From positions 8,903-72,902 of the forward strand of contig JARLGU010000058.1 in assembly GCA_031292625.1 (NCBI GenBank): DNA of 64,000 bases, written 5' to 3'. Both the position numbers and the translations under genes were made by a program. The DNA comes from Capsulimonadaceae bacterium. Lineage in GTDB: Bacteria > Armatimonadota > Armatimonadia > Armatimonadales > Capsulimonadaceae. The notes under the pieces were generated by a model, which saw nothing but the letters and a program-made list of their open reading frames with translations, ran no database searches and had not been told where the DNA came from. Positions 53,699 through 63,857 of the stretch are shown here, piece after piece (the stretch's first letter is position 1; every line of letters starts with the position of its first letter).

Positions 53699-56600
53699 AT
53701 GTATATCGAACTTCATTGCCATACCGCCTACAGCTTTCTCGATGGCGCATCGGATGTCGATGACCTCGTCCACGAGGCGGCGCGCATCGGAATGCCGGCG
53801 CTGGCGATGACCGATCACAACTCCCTCACCGCCGCGATCAAGTTCCGCGACGCCTGCAGGAGCTACCACGTCGCTCCAATCTTCGGCGCCGAATTGACGA
53901 TGGACGACGGCACTCATCTCACCCTGCTCGCCAAGAGCGCGACCGGGTACGCCCATATCGGTCAGGCCCTCTCCCTCGCGTATACGCTTGGGGGGCGCCT
54001 CTCGCCAGCCCTGCCCTGGGAACGTCTCCCGGAGTTCGCGGAGGATGTCATCTGCCTGAGCGGCTGTACGCGCGGCAAAATTCGCAAGCTCGTACACGAA
54101 CATCGGTTCGCTGATGCGTTGGCAGCCGCGCGCCGCCTCAAGGATTGGTTCGGCGGCGATCTCTATGTTGAGTTGCAGGATGATCTCAGCCCGCATGCGA
54201 GCTCCATCTGCCGCCTCCTCGCCCATCTCGCCCGGCGAATCGATGCACCTTGCGTCGCCACGAACGATGTCCACTACGCGGCGGCGGACGGCATGATCGT
54301 CCACGATATCAAGCGCTGCATCGCCGCGGGCATCACGATCGCGGAGCCGCACCCCACCCGTCCCCTCAACGCCGAGCGGCGGATCAAATCGACTCTCGAG
54401 ATGAGCGCGCTCTTCGATTGGATCCCCGAGGCCATCGACAACACTGAGCGGATCGCGGCCCTCTGCGCGAGAGGCGACATCCTGCCGCAAGGCGAGCTAA
54501 TCACGCCCGCGTACCCGCTTCCGGACGGCATTACGTCCTCGCAACACCTGCGCGAGATCGCATATCTGGGCGCAGCGCGACGGCATGGGCGGATCACGCC
54601 GCCGGTTCGGGAGCGGCTCGAGGATGAACTGATGCTGCTGTCGAACCTGGGTTACAGCGATTTCGTCCTCCACGCCGCCCGCATCGTGGACTGGGCGCGC
54701 AGCCAGGGGATCCGGGTCACCGGACGCGGCAGCGGAGCGGACAGCGAGGTCTGCTACTGCCTCGGGCTGACCGATATCGATGTAATCGAACGCAACCTGC
54801 CCCTCGCCCGCTGGGTCGCCCCCGGCAAGAAACCCGATATCGATATCGATTTCGATGCGCGCCGCCGCGACGATGTCTTTCGCTGGGTTTCATCGACCTA
54901 TGGCGCGGACAAGGTCGCCCTCTGCTGCACCTACGCCACCTACTGGGCTAAAGGGGCGATCCGCGATATCGGGAAAACCCTCGCGCTGCCGCCCAAGGCG
55001 TTGGCCTGGTTCTCGAAGCATGTCACCGGCTTCACCAGCGCCGGCGATCTCAGCGCCGCATTTCTAAAAAACGCCGAGTTGAAGGAGTACGGCGCGGTGG
55101 CCGATCGGTTCGAGGCGCTCTTCGATCTTTGCCGGCGTATCGCGGGCCATCCCAGGCATCTGGGTTCGCACAGCTCCGGTCTGGTGATCAGCGGCGCGCC
55201 GCTCTGGACGGTAGGCGTCCTCACTCCTTCCGCGCGCGGCGTCCTCCCAATCGTAATGCTGGACAAAGACGATGTTGAGGAGGCAGGGGCGGTCAAGCTG
55301 GATATCCTCTCGCTGCCGATCCTCTCGGTGGTCGGCGATGCCGCGAATAATATCCGCGAGAGCGATCCTGATTTCGATTACGACGCCATCCCGCGCGAAG
55401 ACAAAAACGTTTACCGCATGCTCTGGACCGGCGCGAACATGGGGTTGTTTCAGCTCGGATCGCCCGCACAGGCGAACCTGGCGACGATGCTGCATCCGCG
55501 CGACTTCGAGGATCTGGTCGCATCGATCGGACTGATCCGTCCCGGTCCCATCAAGGCGCGCGCGGTGCAGAAGTATGTCTCCGCGCGCAATGGGTACCGG
55601 CGTATCGAATACCCGCATCCGGCCCTGGTCCCAATTCTCGAACGCACGTACGGAGTCGTTTGCTTCCAGGAACAGGTAACGCTCATTATTGGCGCGATGA
55701 TGGGGATGAGCGACGCCGAGGCCGAGGTATGGCGCAAACGGCTCGCCAAGCACGCTCGCGCCGGAACCATGGCCCAGGCACGCGACGAATTTGTCGCCCG
55801 CGCCTGCCGTCGCCATCGTGATCTCTCGCCCAAAACAGCCCATCTGATGATGGATGAATTGGAGGGCTGGTCCAGCCTGGGATTCGTCGAAGGACATAGC
55901 GCAAGCTTTGCGCTCACCGGACAGAAGTCGGCGCACCTGGCATACTACCACCCCGCCGAATACTACGCCGCGATTCTCTCCAACCAGCCGTGCGGATTTT
56001 ATCCGCCGCAGAGCATCGGCGCGGAGGCACGGCGGCGCGGCATCCCGTTGCGTCCGGTGGACATCAACGAGAGCGTCGTCGCATCGGTCGCCTGCGACGA
56101 TGAGTACGGCGGACAATCGATACGCCTCGGTTTCAGCCTGGTCGCCGGGATGCGCGAACCGGACATGCGGACCCTCCTCGATACGCGCGCCGAGCGTCCG
56201 TTCCGCTCGCTGCTCGACTTCTGCCTGCGCGTCACGATTCCGCGCGACGCCATCGAAAATCTGATCCTCTGCGGCGCGTTCGACCAGCTCCACGAACATC
56301 GGCGAGGGCTTCTCTGGCGGCTCAACGAGACTCTCGCCAAGGCGGGCGCGCTGCGAGCCGAACAGGCGAATACGGGACGGCGTCTCGATCTCCGATTCGT
56401 GGGCGAACAGGACACGCCGGTCGCGTGGGAGATCGCGGACCTCTCGGACTGGGAAAAGATGATGGGCGAATGGCGGGTCACCGGGGTTACATCGAGCTGC
56501 CATCCATTCGCTCACCTGCGCAGCGCCCTCGAACGCCAGGGGATCATCACGGCGTACGAAGCGATGCAGCGAAAAGCGGGAGCGCAGGTTCGCGTCGCCG

Positions 56601-56899
56601 GCCTCAACATCCGCCCGCACCGTCCCCCGGCCAAATCGGGCGGACGGCACCTCTTCACGACCATTGAGGACGAAAGCGCCTACCTGCAAGTTGCGTTCTA
56701 CAACGCCGCGATCGAAACGAATATGGCGACGATCCTGCTCTCGCCCATTGTGGTGCTGACCGGGACGATCCGCCGCCGCGGTATGGGCGCGTCCCTCGAA
56801 GCCCGCACCGCCGCTCCGCTCCCGATGTCGCGCACCGCCCGCCTCGCCGCCGGGGACCTGCTCACCGAACCGCCGCGCCGCACGTCAGCCGCGCGGTGA
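53699..56899 (+). CDS. dnaE2: Error-prone DNA polymerase III alpha-like subunit (DnaE2-type)
   Basis: 1066 aa. PHP domain MYIELHCHTAYSFLDGASDVDDLVHEAARIGMPALAMTDHNSL. Shorter than the adjacent DnaE. The SOS box upstream is consistent with DnaE2. Confidence 0.8.
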   Translation: MYIELHCHTAYSFLDGASDVDDLVHEAARIGMPALAMTDHNSLTAAIKFRDACRSYHVAPIFGAELTMDDGTHLTLLAKSATGYAHIGQALSLAYTLGGRLSPALPWERLPEFAEDVICLSGCTRGKIRKLVHEHRFADALAAARRLKDWFGGDLYVELQDDLSPHASSICRLLAHLARRIDAPCVATNDVHYAAADGMIVHDIKRCIAAGITIAEPHPTRPLNAERRIKSTLEMSALFDWIPEAIDNTERIAALCARGDILPQGELITPAYPLPDGITSSQHLREIAYLGAARRHGRITPPVRERLEDELMLLSNLGYSDFVLHAARIVDWARSQGIRVTGRGSGADSEVCYCLGLTDIDVIERNLPLARWVAPGKKPDIDIDFDARRRDDVFRWVSSTYGADKVALCCTYATYWAKGAIRDIGKTLALPPKALAWFSKHVTGFTSAGDLSAAFLKNAELKEYGAVADRFEALFDLCRRIAGHPRHLGSHSSGLVISGAPLWTVGVLTPSARGVLPIVMLDKDDVEEAGAVKLDILSLPILSVVGDAANNIRESDPDFDYDAIPREDKNVYRMLWTGANMGLFQLGSPAQANLATMLHPRDFEDLVASIGLIRPGPIKARAVQKYVSARNGYRRIEYPHPALVPILERTYGVVCFQEQVTLIIGAMMGMSDAEAEVWRKRLAKHARAGTMAQARDEFVARACRRHRDLSPKTAHLMMDELEGWSSLGFVEGHSASFALTGQKSAHLAYYHPAEYYAAILSNQPCGFYPPQSIGAEARRRGIPLRPVDINESVVASVACDDEYGGQSIRLGFSLVAGMREPDMRTLLDTRAERPFRSLLDFCLRVTIPRDAIENLILCGAFDQLHEHRRGLLWRLNETLAKAGALRAEQANTGRRLDLRFVGEQDTPVAWEIADLSDWEKMMGEWRVTGVTSSCHPFAHLRSALERQGIITAYEAMQRKAGAQVRVAGLNIRPHRPPAKSGGRHLFTTIEDESAYLQVAFYNAAIETNMATILLSPIVVLTGTIRRRGMGASLEARTAAPLPMSRTARLAAGDLLTEPPRRTSAAR

Positions 56900-57044
56900 C
56901 GGAGGGAGGAGATAGCTACCAATAATCCCATACCCTCCCGTCACACTCCACCAAAGGCTCCGTCTTCGACCAGAGAAGCCGTTTGCATCTGGTGAGTAGG
57001 AGCGCCCTTTGCGAGTCCACGAACATCCTAAAGCGAATTGACGG

Positions 57045-57266
57045 GGCGCCGCGAGTATGCTTCCAGACGGCTCAAGCCGCCGATGCATTGTTTCGCTCGC
57101 GCCTCGTTCACGGCGGCGATCGACAAGGTTTCGTCAACACGCGTACGGCGTTTTGCCGCCAACGTCCGACTGCGGCGCGTATCGCGAACCTATGAAATCG
57201 ACGCGCCGGCCCTTTTCCAAGAACGGCCACGACGGCCGAGGAGCCGACTTACAAGGCATCTCGACT
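57045..57266 (+). repeat. Copy 2 of the 222-bp diverged non-coding repeat (partner 1368-1589, inverted)
   Basis: See copy 1. It lies in the 655-bp dnaE2-dnaE spacer, and no frame is conserved between the copies. Confidence 0.7.
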
Positions 57267-57554
57267 ATCACACGCCCTCATACAAGCGGGCACGAAGCCC
57301 TTGCCAATCCACGCGACAACGCCTCCGATCCCGGCGAACCATTCGACAGGCGAGGAGCCGAGACTGCGCTGGGCGTACGTCGCGCCAAAACTCCCTCGCC
57401 GCGCCCTTGCGTCCCTCGCTTCCGAAGTGATACAATACGCCATAACTGCACTACTGGTTGAGCAAATATCCCCGCTCATGGCCAAGATGTAGTATCATGC
57501 AACACCGGCGAATATCGCCGGCAGTCATCGACGACGAACACTTAGAAGGAAGAT

Positions 57555-60500
57555 ATGCCGACCGAGAAAGACTTTGTGCACCTCCACTTGCATTCGGAGT
57601 ATTCGCTTCTGGATGGAGCCTGCCGCATCGACGACCTGATTAAGAAGGCCGAGGAACTCGAAATGCCCGCGATCGGGCTCACCGACCACGGCGTGATGTA
57701 CGGCGCGATGGAGTTCTATCAGAAATGCAAGAAACACAAGATCAAGCCGATTGTCGGCTGCGAGGTCTATGTCGCCAACCGCAGCCGCAAACAGCGCGAA
57801 AACAAAAATCTCGACGGCTCCAATCACCTCGTTCTGCTCGCACAAAATGAAACGGGCTACAAGAACCTAATAAAGCTTGTTTCGATCGCCTCGATCGACG
57901 GATTCTATTATAAGCCGCGCGTCGACAAGGAGTTGCTCCACCAGTATTCCGAAGGCCTGATCTGCCTCTCCGCTTGCCTGGGCGGCGAAGTGCCCGAGCA
58001 CTGCCTGGCGAACGCCCTCGACAAGGCGCGCTATGCGGCATCGGAATACCGAGAGATTTTCGGCAAGGACAACTACTACCTCGAGATCCAGGATCATACT
58101 CTCGAGCCGCAAAGGATCGTCAACGAACAGCTACGGCAGCTTTCCACTGACCTGAGTCTTCCGCTGGTCGCGACCAACGATGTTCACTACCTGAATGCCG
58201 AGGATGCCGACCCGCATCAGGTTCTGTTGTGCATCCAGACAAGCACAACCCTCGCCGACCCCAAGAAGATGAATTACGGGGCGAAGGAGTTTTTCCTCAA
58301 GAGCCAGGAGGAGATGCTGCGCGTCTTCCGCGACTTCCCGGACGCACTCGCGCGCACCGCTGAGATCGCATCGCGCTGCGATCTTAAACTCGACCTTGGC
58401 CGTCTCGCGATGCCGTCCCCCGGCGATGTGCCGTCGGACATGAACGCGCAGGCATACATGACCAAGTTGTGCTTCGCAGGAATGCGGGAGCGCTACGCGG
58501 TCGTCACCGAATCCCATGAAGAGCGCCTGCGCTACGAGCTCGACGTCATCGAAAAGACCGGCTTCGCGATGTACTTCCTGATCGTCCGCGACATCGCCCA
58601 GCACGCCCGTAAATCCGGCGTCTATTTCGGCGTGCGCGGATCCGCCGCCGGATCGATGGCGTCGTACTGCCTCGGGATCACCGACCTCGATCCGCTGACT
58701 TACGGCCTGACCTTCGAGCGCTTCCTGAACCCGGAGCGCATCTCCATGCCTGATATCGACATGGACTTCGAGGATCGCCGCCGCCAGGAGATGATCGAGT
58801 ATGTCGTCAACAAATATGGCCGCGAACACGTCGCCCAGATCGTGACGTTCGGCACCCTCGCCGCGCGCGCCGCCGTTCGCGACTCCGCCCGCGCGATGGG
58901 CGAAATGCAGATGTCCGAGGTGGACAAGCTGTGCAAGATGATTCCGGCGACGCCCAAAATGACGATCAAGAAGGCATTTGGCGAAAACCCGGAGTTCAAG
59001 GCCGCCTATGACAGCAACGCTCAAGCGAGAAAACTGATCGACACCGCCCAGCGCCTCGAAGGCCTAACCCGCCACGACAGCGTCCACGCCGCCGGCGTGG
59101 TCATCGCCGCCGATCCGCTGATGGAGAACGTGCCGCTGCAAAAGGCAGACGACGGCGTCGGCTATGTCGCGCAGTACGAGGCCGCCTGGCTCGAAAAAAT
59201 CGGCCTGCTCAAGATGGACTTCCTGGGCCTTGCCAACTTGACGATCCTTGCCCGCGCAGTCGAGAACGTCAAAAACACAACCGGCGACATCATCGATGTG
59301 TGGGATCTCCCCCTCGATGACCGCGAGACCTACGATCTGCTCGGACGAGGCGACTGCACGGGCATCTTTCAATTGGAATCGCCCCAGATGCGCCGCTATA
59401 TCGCCGAGCTCCATCCGAACACCGTCGGCGAGGTCGCGGCCATGGTCGCCCTTTATCGTCCCGGCCCGATGGCGCACATTCCGCGCTACATTCGCTGCAA
59501 ACACGGTCTCGACCCGATCACCTATCCCCACCCCGCGCTCGAGCCGATCCTGGGCGAAACCTACGGAGTGATCGTCTACCAGGATCAAGTTCTTCTGATC
59601 GTCCGCGCGATCGCCGGCTTTTCCCTCGGACAAGCGGATATTCTGCGTAAGGCGATGGGTAAGAAGGACGAAAAGGAGATGCTCGCCCAGCGCCAGAAAT
59701 TTATTGACGGCGCGATCGAGCGCGACACGCCGCGGGAAAAGGCCGAAGAGATCTTCAACCTGATCGAGCCGTTCGCAGGCTACGCATTCAATAAGGCGCA
59801 CGCCGCCTGCTACGCCATGGTTGCATACCAGACGGCGTACCTCAAGGCGCACTACCCGGTGCAATACTTCGCCGCGCTGATGGCGACCCAAGCGGGCGAT
59901 ACCGACAAGCTCGTAAACTTTATCGAAGATGCGCGCCACCAGAAGATCGACGTGCTCGCCCCCGACGTAAACTCCAGCGACGCCGATTTCACGGTCGAAG
60001 GACAAGCGATCCGCTTCGGACTGAGCGCGATCAAGAACGTCGGTCATGCTCCAATCGATCTCATCCTCGCAGCGCGCGCCAAAGGCGGCAAGTTCAAATC
60101 GCTTTACGACTTCTGCGTCCGCGTCCAGGGCGAGTCGATGACCTCCAAATCCGCCGTTGAAACGCTGATTAAAGCTGGCGCGCTCGAATCGATCGATGAA
60201 GACCGGGGGCTTTTGCTCGCGGGCCTCGAACCCGCGTGGACCGCGGCGGTCAAGGCGGCGCAGGATCTGAAGGCGGGACAGGTCTCGATGTTCGGCGATT
60301 CGGCGGACGCGACCGAACCCGCTGGACCGGCGCTGCCAACCACGTATACGCCAATGACGCGCCAAGAACAGATGGCCGCTGAGAAGGAACTGCTCGGAGT
60401 CTATCTTTCCGACCACCCGCTGGACCAATTCGCGGACCGGCTCAAAACCGTCACAACCCATACAATAGACGAAGTGCGTTCCGTTCCGGACAAAACGCCC

Positions 60501-61067
60501 GTCAAGCTTGCTGGCGTTCTGAGCGCCGTCCGCGTCTACTATACGCGCGGCAAGAACGAGCAGATGTACTTCCTAACGCTGGAAGACAAGACGGGCTCGA
60601 TTGCCGTGACGCTTTTCCCGCGCGGCGCGGTCGAATACGGCGTGCAGTGCGTCAAGGACAGCGTCGTCGTAATCGACGGCAAGGTCTCGTACCGCGACCG
60701 AATCAACACGAAGGCTCCGGCCGACGGCGAAAGCGGCGGCGCGGGATCGGCGGAGATCGTCGCGGACAGCATCGTGCCATTCGCAAGCGCCCAGGACCTG
60801 CTCGGCGCGCCCTCGACGGGGGCGGAGGACGAGGTTCCAGACTTCGAGACCATGCATATCCGCCTCTCCGCAAGCGATCGAAACCGGCTGCGGACACTGA
60901 ACGACGTGTTCAATAACAATCAGGGAAGCGCGGCCGTCCGGCTGCACTTTCTCGATAACGGCAAACCGGTGACGTTCGAGCCCAAGACGCGGATCTCGTC
61001 GGAGTCGCGCATGGTCGAATACATTCGCAGCCTGATGGGCAGCCCCGAGGCCGTCTGGACTGAGTAG
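57555..61067 (+). CDS. dnaE: DNA polymerase III alpha subunit (replicative)
   Basis: 1170 aa. FVHLHLHSEYSLLDGACRIDDLIKKAEELEMPAIGLTDHGVMYGAMEFY, polymerase core, and a C-terminal OB region. AGGAAG lies upstream. Confidence 0.95.
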   Translation: MPTEKDFVHLHLHSEYSLLDGACRIDDLIKKAEELEMPAIGLTDHGVMYGAMEFYQKCKKHKIKPIVGCEVYVANRSRKQRENKNLDGSNHLVLLAQNETGYKNLIKLVSIASIDGFYYKPRVDKELLHQYSEGLICLSACLGGEVPEHCLANALDKARYAASEYREIFGKDNYYLEIQDHTLEPQRIVNEQLRQLSTDLSLPLVATNDVHYLNAEDADPHQVLLCIQTSTTLADPKKMNYGAKEFFLKSQEEMLRVFRDFPDALARTAEIASRCDLKLDLGRLAMPSPGDVPSDMNAQAYMTKLCFAGMRERYAVVTESHEERLRYELDVIEKTGFAMYFLIVRDIAQHARKSGVYFGVRGSAAGSMASYCLGITDLDPLTYGLTFERFLNPERISMPDIDMDFEDRRRQEMIEYVVNKYGREHVAQIVTFGTLAARAAVRDSARAMGEMQMSEVDKLCKMIPATPKMTIKKAFGENPEFKAAYDSNAQARKLIDTAQRLEGLTRHDSVHAAGVVIAADPLMENVPLQKADDGVGYVAQYEAAWLEKIGLLKMDFLGLANLTILARAVENVKNTTGDIIDVWDLPLDDRETYDLLGRGDCTGIFQLESPQMRRYIAELHPNTVGEVAAMVALYRPGPMAHIPRYIRCKHGLDPITYPHPALEPILGETYGVIVYQDQVLLIVRAIAGFSLGQADILRKAMGKKDEKEMLAQRQKFIDGAIERDTPREKAEEIFNLIEPFAGYAFNKAHAACYAMVAYQTAYLKAHYPVQYFAALMATQAGDTDKLVNFIEDARHQKIDVLAPDVNSSDADFTVEGQAIRFGLSAIKNVGHAPIDLILAARAKGGKFKSLYDFCVRVQGESMTSKSAVETLIKAGALESIDEDRGLLLAGLEPAWTAAVKAAQDLKAGQVSMFGDSADATEPAGPALPTTYTPMTRQEQMAAEKELLGVYLSDHPLDQFADRLKTVTTHTIDEVRSVPDKTPVKLAGVLSAVRVYYTRGKNEQMYFLTLEDKTGSIAVTLFPRGAVEYGVQCVKDSVVVIDGKVSYRDRINTKAPADGESGGAGSAEIVADSIVPFASAQDLLGAPSTGAEDEVPDFETMHIRLSASDRNRLRTLNDVFNNNQGSAAVRLHFLDNGKPVTFEPKTRISSESRMVEYIRSLMGSPEAVWTE

Positions 61068-61097
61068 GCGCGGCGCGCCGATACATAGGACAAACCA

Positions 61098-62003
61098 ATG
61101 CAACCCAAAGCGCTCTCCTCCCTCCTAATTGCCGTCATTTCGACGCTCGCTCTCGTCGCCTGCAGCTGCAACGCGCAAACGCCTAACGCCGGGCTTGCCG
61201 ATGTACACACCGATGTCCAGTACACGCAGAACAGCCCGGCGCAGTTCATGGATCTCTATGTGCCCCAAGGCGTCGCGGCCGCGCTTCCCGCGATTGTCGC
61301 CATTCATGGCGGCGGCTGGCGCGGCGGATCGCGGACGGGGTACCGCAATGCCGCGTCGCATTTCGTGAGCCACGGATACGTCTTCTGCACGATCGACTAC
61401 CGGCTTGACGACACCGCCATATACCCGGCCCAAATCGAGGATTGCAAATGTGCGATCCGGTATCTGAGGGCGCACGCGAACCTGTACCACATCGATCCAT
61501 CACGCATAGGCGTCTGGGGCGAATCAGCGGGAGGGCACCTCGCCGCGATGCTGGGAACATCCGCCGGAGTGAAACGGCTCGAAGGAACGGGTGGCTGGGA
61601 AGATCAGTCGAGCGCCGTTCAAGCCGTGCTCGATCTATATGGGCCTAGCGATTTGCGAGCTTACGGCAAAACCACGGCCGTAAGCCAAGCGGGCGCGGAT
61701 ATAGTGGTAAAGTTCCTCGGCGGCACGCCCATGGACAAACCGGACCTGGCCGCGGATGCCAGCCCGATCGTGTTCGTTAGCAAAAACTCGGCCCCGTTCC
61801 TCATCCTTCAAGGCGATAAAGATCCGCTGGTCTCGGTCGCCCAAAGCCAGGAGCTCTACGACACGCTCAAGGCAAGCGGCGTCGACGCGACGATTAAGAT
61901 CCTGCCGGGCGCAGGCCATGGCGGTCCGCAGTTTTTCGCCCCCGAGATCATCTCGATGGTCGACGACTTCTTCGCGCGCGAACTCAAACCGGCTGGACAG
62001 TAA
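61098..62003 (+). CDS. Alpha/beta-hydrolase fold esterase/lipase (lipoprotein signal)
   Basis: Signal/lipobox LALVACSC. HGGGW oxyanion motif. GESAGGH nucleophile elbow. Confidence 0.85.
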   Translation: MQPKALSSLLIAVISTLALVACSCNAQTPNAGLADVHTDVQYTQNSPAQFMDLYVPQGVAAALPAIVAIHGGGWRGGSRTGYRNAASHFVSHGYVFCTIDYRLDDTAIYPAQIEDCKCAIRYLRAHANLYHIDPSRIGVWGESAGGHLAAMLGTSAGVKRLEGTGGWEDQSSAVQAVLDLYGPSDLRAYGKTTAVSQAGADIVVKFLGGTPMDKPDLAADASPIVFVSKNSAPFLILQGDKDPLVSVAQSQELYDTLKASGVDATIKILPGAGHGGPQFFAPEIISMVDDFFARELKPAGQ

Positions 62004-62113
62004 CGACGGACTGCGTGTCTTGCTCTCTGCCTTGTGTCGCTGCCGCAATTCATATCGGGAACAACTGATCAGCCTGAAAAGCACGCACGGAAAACCCCGC
62101 GTACAGACTTGAC

Positions 62114-62947
62114 TCATTCGGCCATGAACGTCATCGTCTCAGTGCGCGGTCCCAGGTCGGGGACCGTGTTCAGCATGCTGGACTCATTGGGGTCGGCGGC
62201 GAATCCAACGCCGCCGATCTTTGGCGCGTGCGTATTGCGAATCATCGCGCGGTCGGCATTGATACGAGACGTATCGTAGATCAACACGGGCTCTTCACCT
62301 CTGGACTGCTGGCTGAACACCAACTCAAGATGCGCCTCGACGGGACGGGATGCCCCGGCCGGGATCGGACGAAACTCGACCGTATTACTCCCCGTGTGCA
62401 GGAAATCGGTAATCTCAATGTCGGCCCGGACACCGAACTTGCCGATCGGACGGCCATTCACGCGCACCGCGACCTCGCCATACTGGACGTGACCATGCAG
62501 CCAGTACCAGTTCTCCGGGCGATTCTTATCCGTCAGCGGATTCTTCAGCGCTTCAAGCGGATCCTTGGCAGGTTTCGCATCCGGAGATGTCGAGGGGCTC
62601 AAATATGGATCGTCATAATCGTTCGGCATATTCTTAAGCAGCGGGTCTTCCCGGACGATCGTGCGGCCAAGCTCGGGGCCGCCGGGATTCGGTTGATAGC
62701 CGCCGACACCCGACTTGTCCCATGTGGGCACCCATCCCGTATGAGCGGGATCGCGCACGATCCCATCCTTCGTAATGGTCATCGGAATCGGCTTCTCTTC
62801 CTCACAGCCTGCCAAAACGGCAAGAAGCAATATCGCGCATACGACCCTGAGGCATGCTGCGGCCATCCGTGTGGCGCCGCCTGACGCCGCGACCGCTGAC
62901 GATGGACGTTTGTCGCGCAATCTGTTTCCGATGCACTGCATTCTCAA
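62114..62947 (-). CDS. Hypothetical lipoprotein
   Basis: LLLAVLAGCEEE lipobox. ATGA overlap with the upstream UDG-family gene. The alternative start ATG 62866 (MAAACLRVV...) gives a more canonical signal peptide. Confidence 0.45.
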   Translation of the reverse strand: MRMQCIGNRLRDKRPSSAVAASGGATRMAAACLRVVCAILLLAVLAGCEEEKPIPMTITKDGIVRDPAHTGWVPTWDKSGVGGYQPNPGGPELGRTIVREDPLLKNMPNDYDDPYLSPSTSPDAKPAKDPLEALKNPLTDKNRPENWYWLHGHVQYGEVAVRVNGRPIGKFGVRADIEITDFLHTGSNTVEFRPIPAGASRPVEAHLELVFSQQSRGEEPVLIYDTSRINADRAMIRNTHAPKIGGVGFAADPNESSMLNTVPDLGPRTETMTFMAE

Positions 62948-63567
62948 ATCCGAGTCCTTTCCGCGCCGATCAACTCGATCGCGCGCGAGAGAAGGGCCTG
63001 GTTGCCCGGAGAGTTAAGCCACGTGCTGGCTCCCGATGAGTGAGGCAACGGAATATACACAACTTCGCCCTTGTCGAATCGCCTCCCGATACGCTCGCCA
63101 AGCGGAGCAGCCGGCCCTAGAAACGTATCGATCGCCATCTTCCCGAACGGGATCACAACGCGCGGCGAAAGAATCGCCAGTTCGCCATCCAACCATGACC
63201 GGCAGTTGCCGCGCTCTTTTTGCGATGGCGCGCGATCCGTCGACTTTCCCGGAAGCCGCCCGGGAAAGCACTTCGTCAACGCAGTCATATAGACGCGCGT
63301 CCCAATCTCAGTATCCGCGAACCCCGCATCCCGCAACCAACCCATCAGACGCTGAGCCGCCGGGCCTTGATACGTAAGGCGCACTCGCAAGTCGGTGAGG
63401 CTTGGAGCCTGACCGATCACTACAAACGGCGCGGGAACTTGCGGCTCGACAGCGCGATAGCGCACAAGAGGCGGCAGGACAATTGGATAGCCTTGATCCG
63501 CACACTTTCGGCATTCTCCGATCGCCGCCAAAATGGGTTCGATTGCCGGCTGAGTACACGCATTCAT
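62944..63567 (-). CDS. Uracil-DNA glycosylase superfamily protein
   Basis: 207 aa. FVVIGQAPS (motif A-like), FPGRLPGKS, IPLPHSSGASTWLN (motif B-like HSS). Confidence 0.7.
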   Translation of the reverse strand: MNACTQPAIEPILAAIGECRKCADQGYPIVLPPLVRYRAVEPQVPAPFVVIGQAPSLTDLRVRLTYQGPAAQRLMGWLRDAGFADTEIGTRVYMTALTKCFPGRLPGKSTDRAPSQKERGNCRSWLDGELAILSPRVVIPFGKMAIDTFLGPAAPLGERIGRRFDKGEVVYIPLPHSSGASTWLNSPGNQALLSRAIELIGAERTRI

Positions 63568-63857
63568 CGGTCTATTGTGCCACGTCCGAGGGTAATTTTC
63601 GGCGCGAGACTGACGAGAAACAAGCCATCAAGACTGGACTACCGCATTTATGGCTTGCTTCGCGGCGAGATCCCGCAGATTGCCCGCCCGCGCTTCGACA
63701 ATGCGGCGACGATCGCTCACGCGACGTTCCCCACCGGAAAATCACCACGGGAATATTGTTTCCGCTTGACAATCCCGGCCATGCGCAGTAACATGTATAC
63801 ACAAGTTACTTCTATTCATGACAGTCGACGTTTGCGCAGTCCATTGATGACACAACC

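Noticed and set aside
55064-56689. 541-aa minus-strand ORF
   Set aside because: It is entirely antisense within dnaE2, has no recognisable motifs and is Arg/Ala-rich, so it is a shadow ORF.
59064-60461. 465-aa minus-strand ORF (also 58131-59024 and 60573-61103)
   Set aside because: These are antisense within dnaE, whose identity is unambiguous. There are no motifs.
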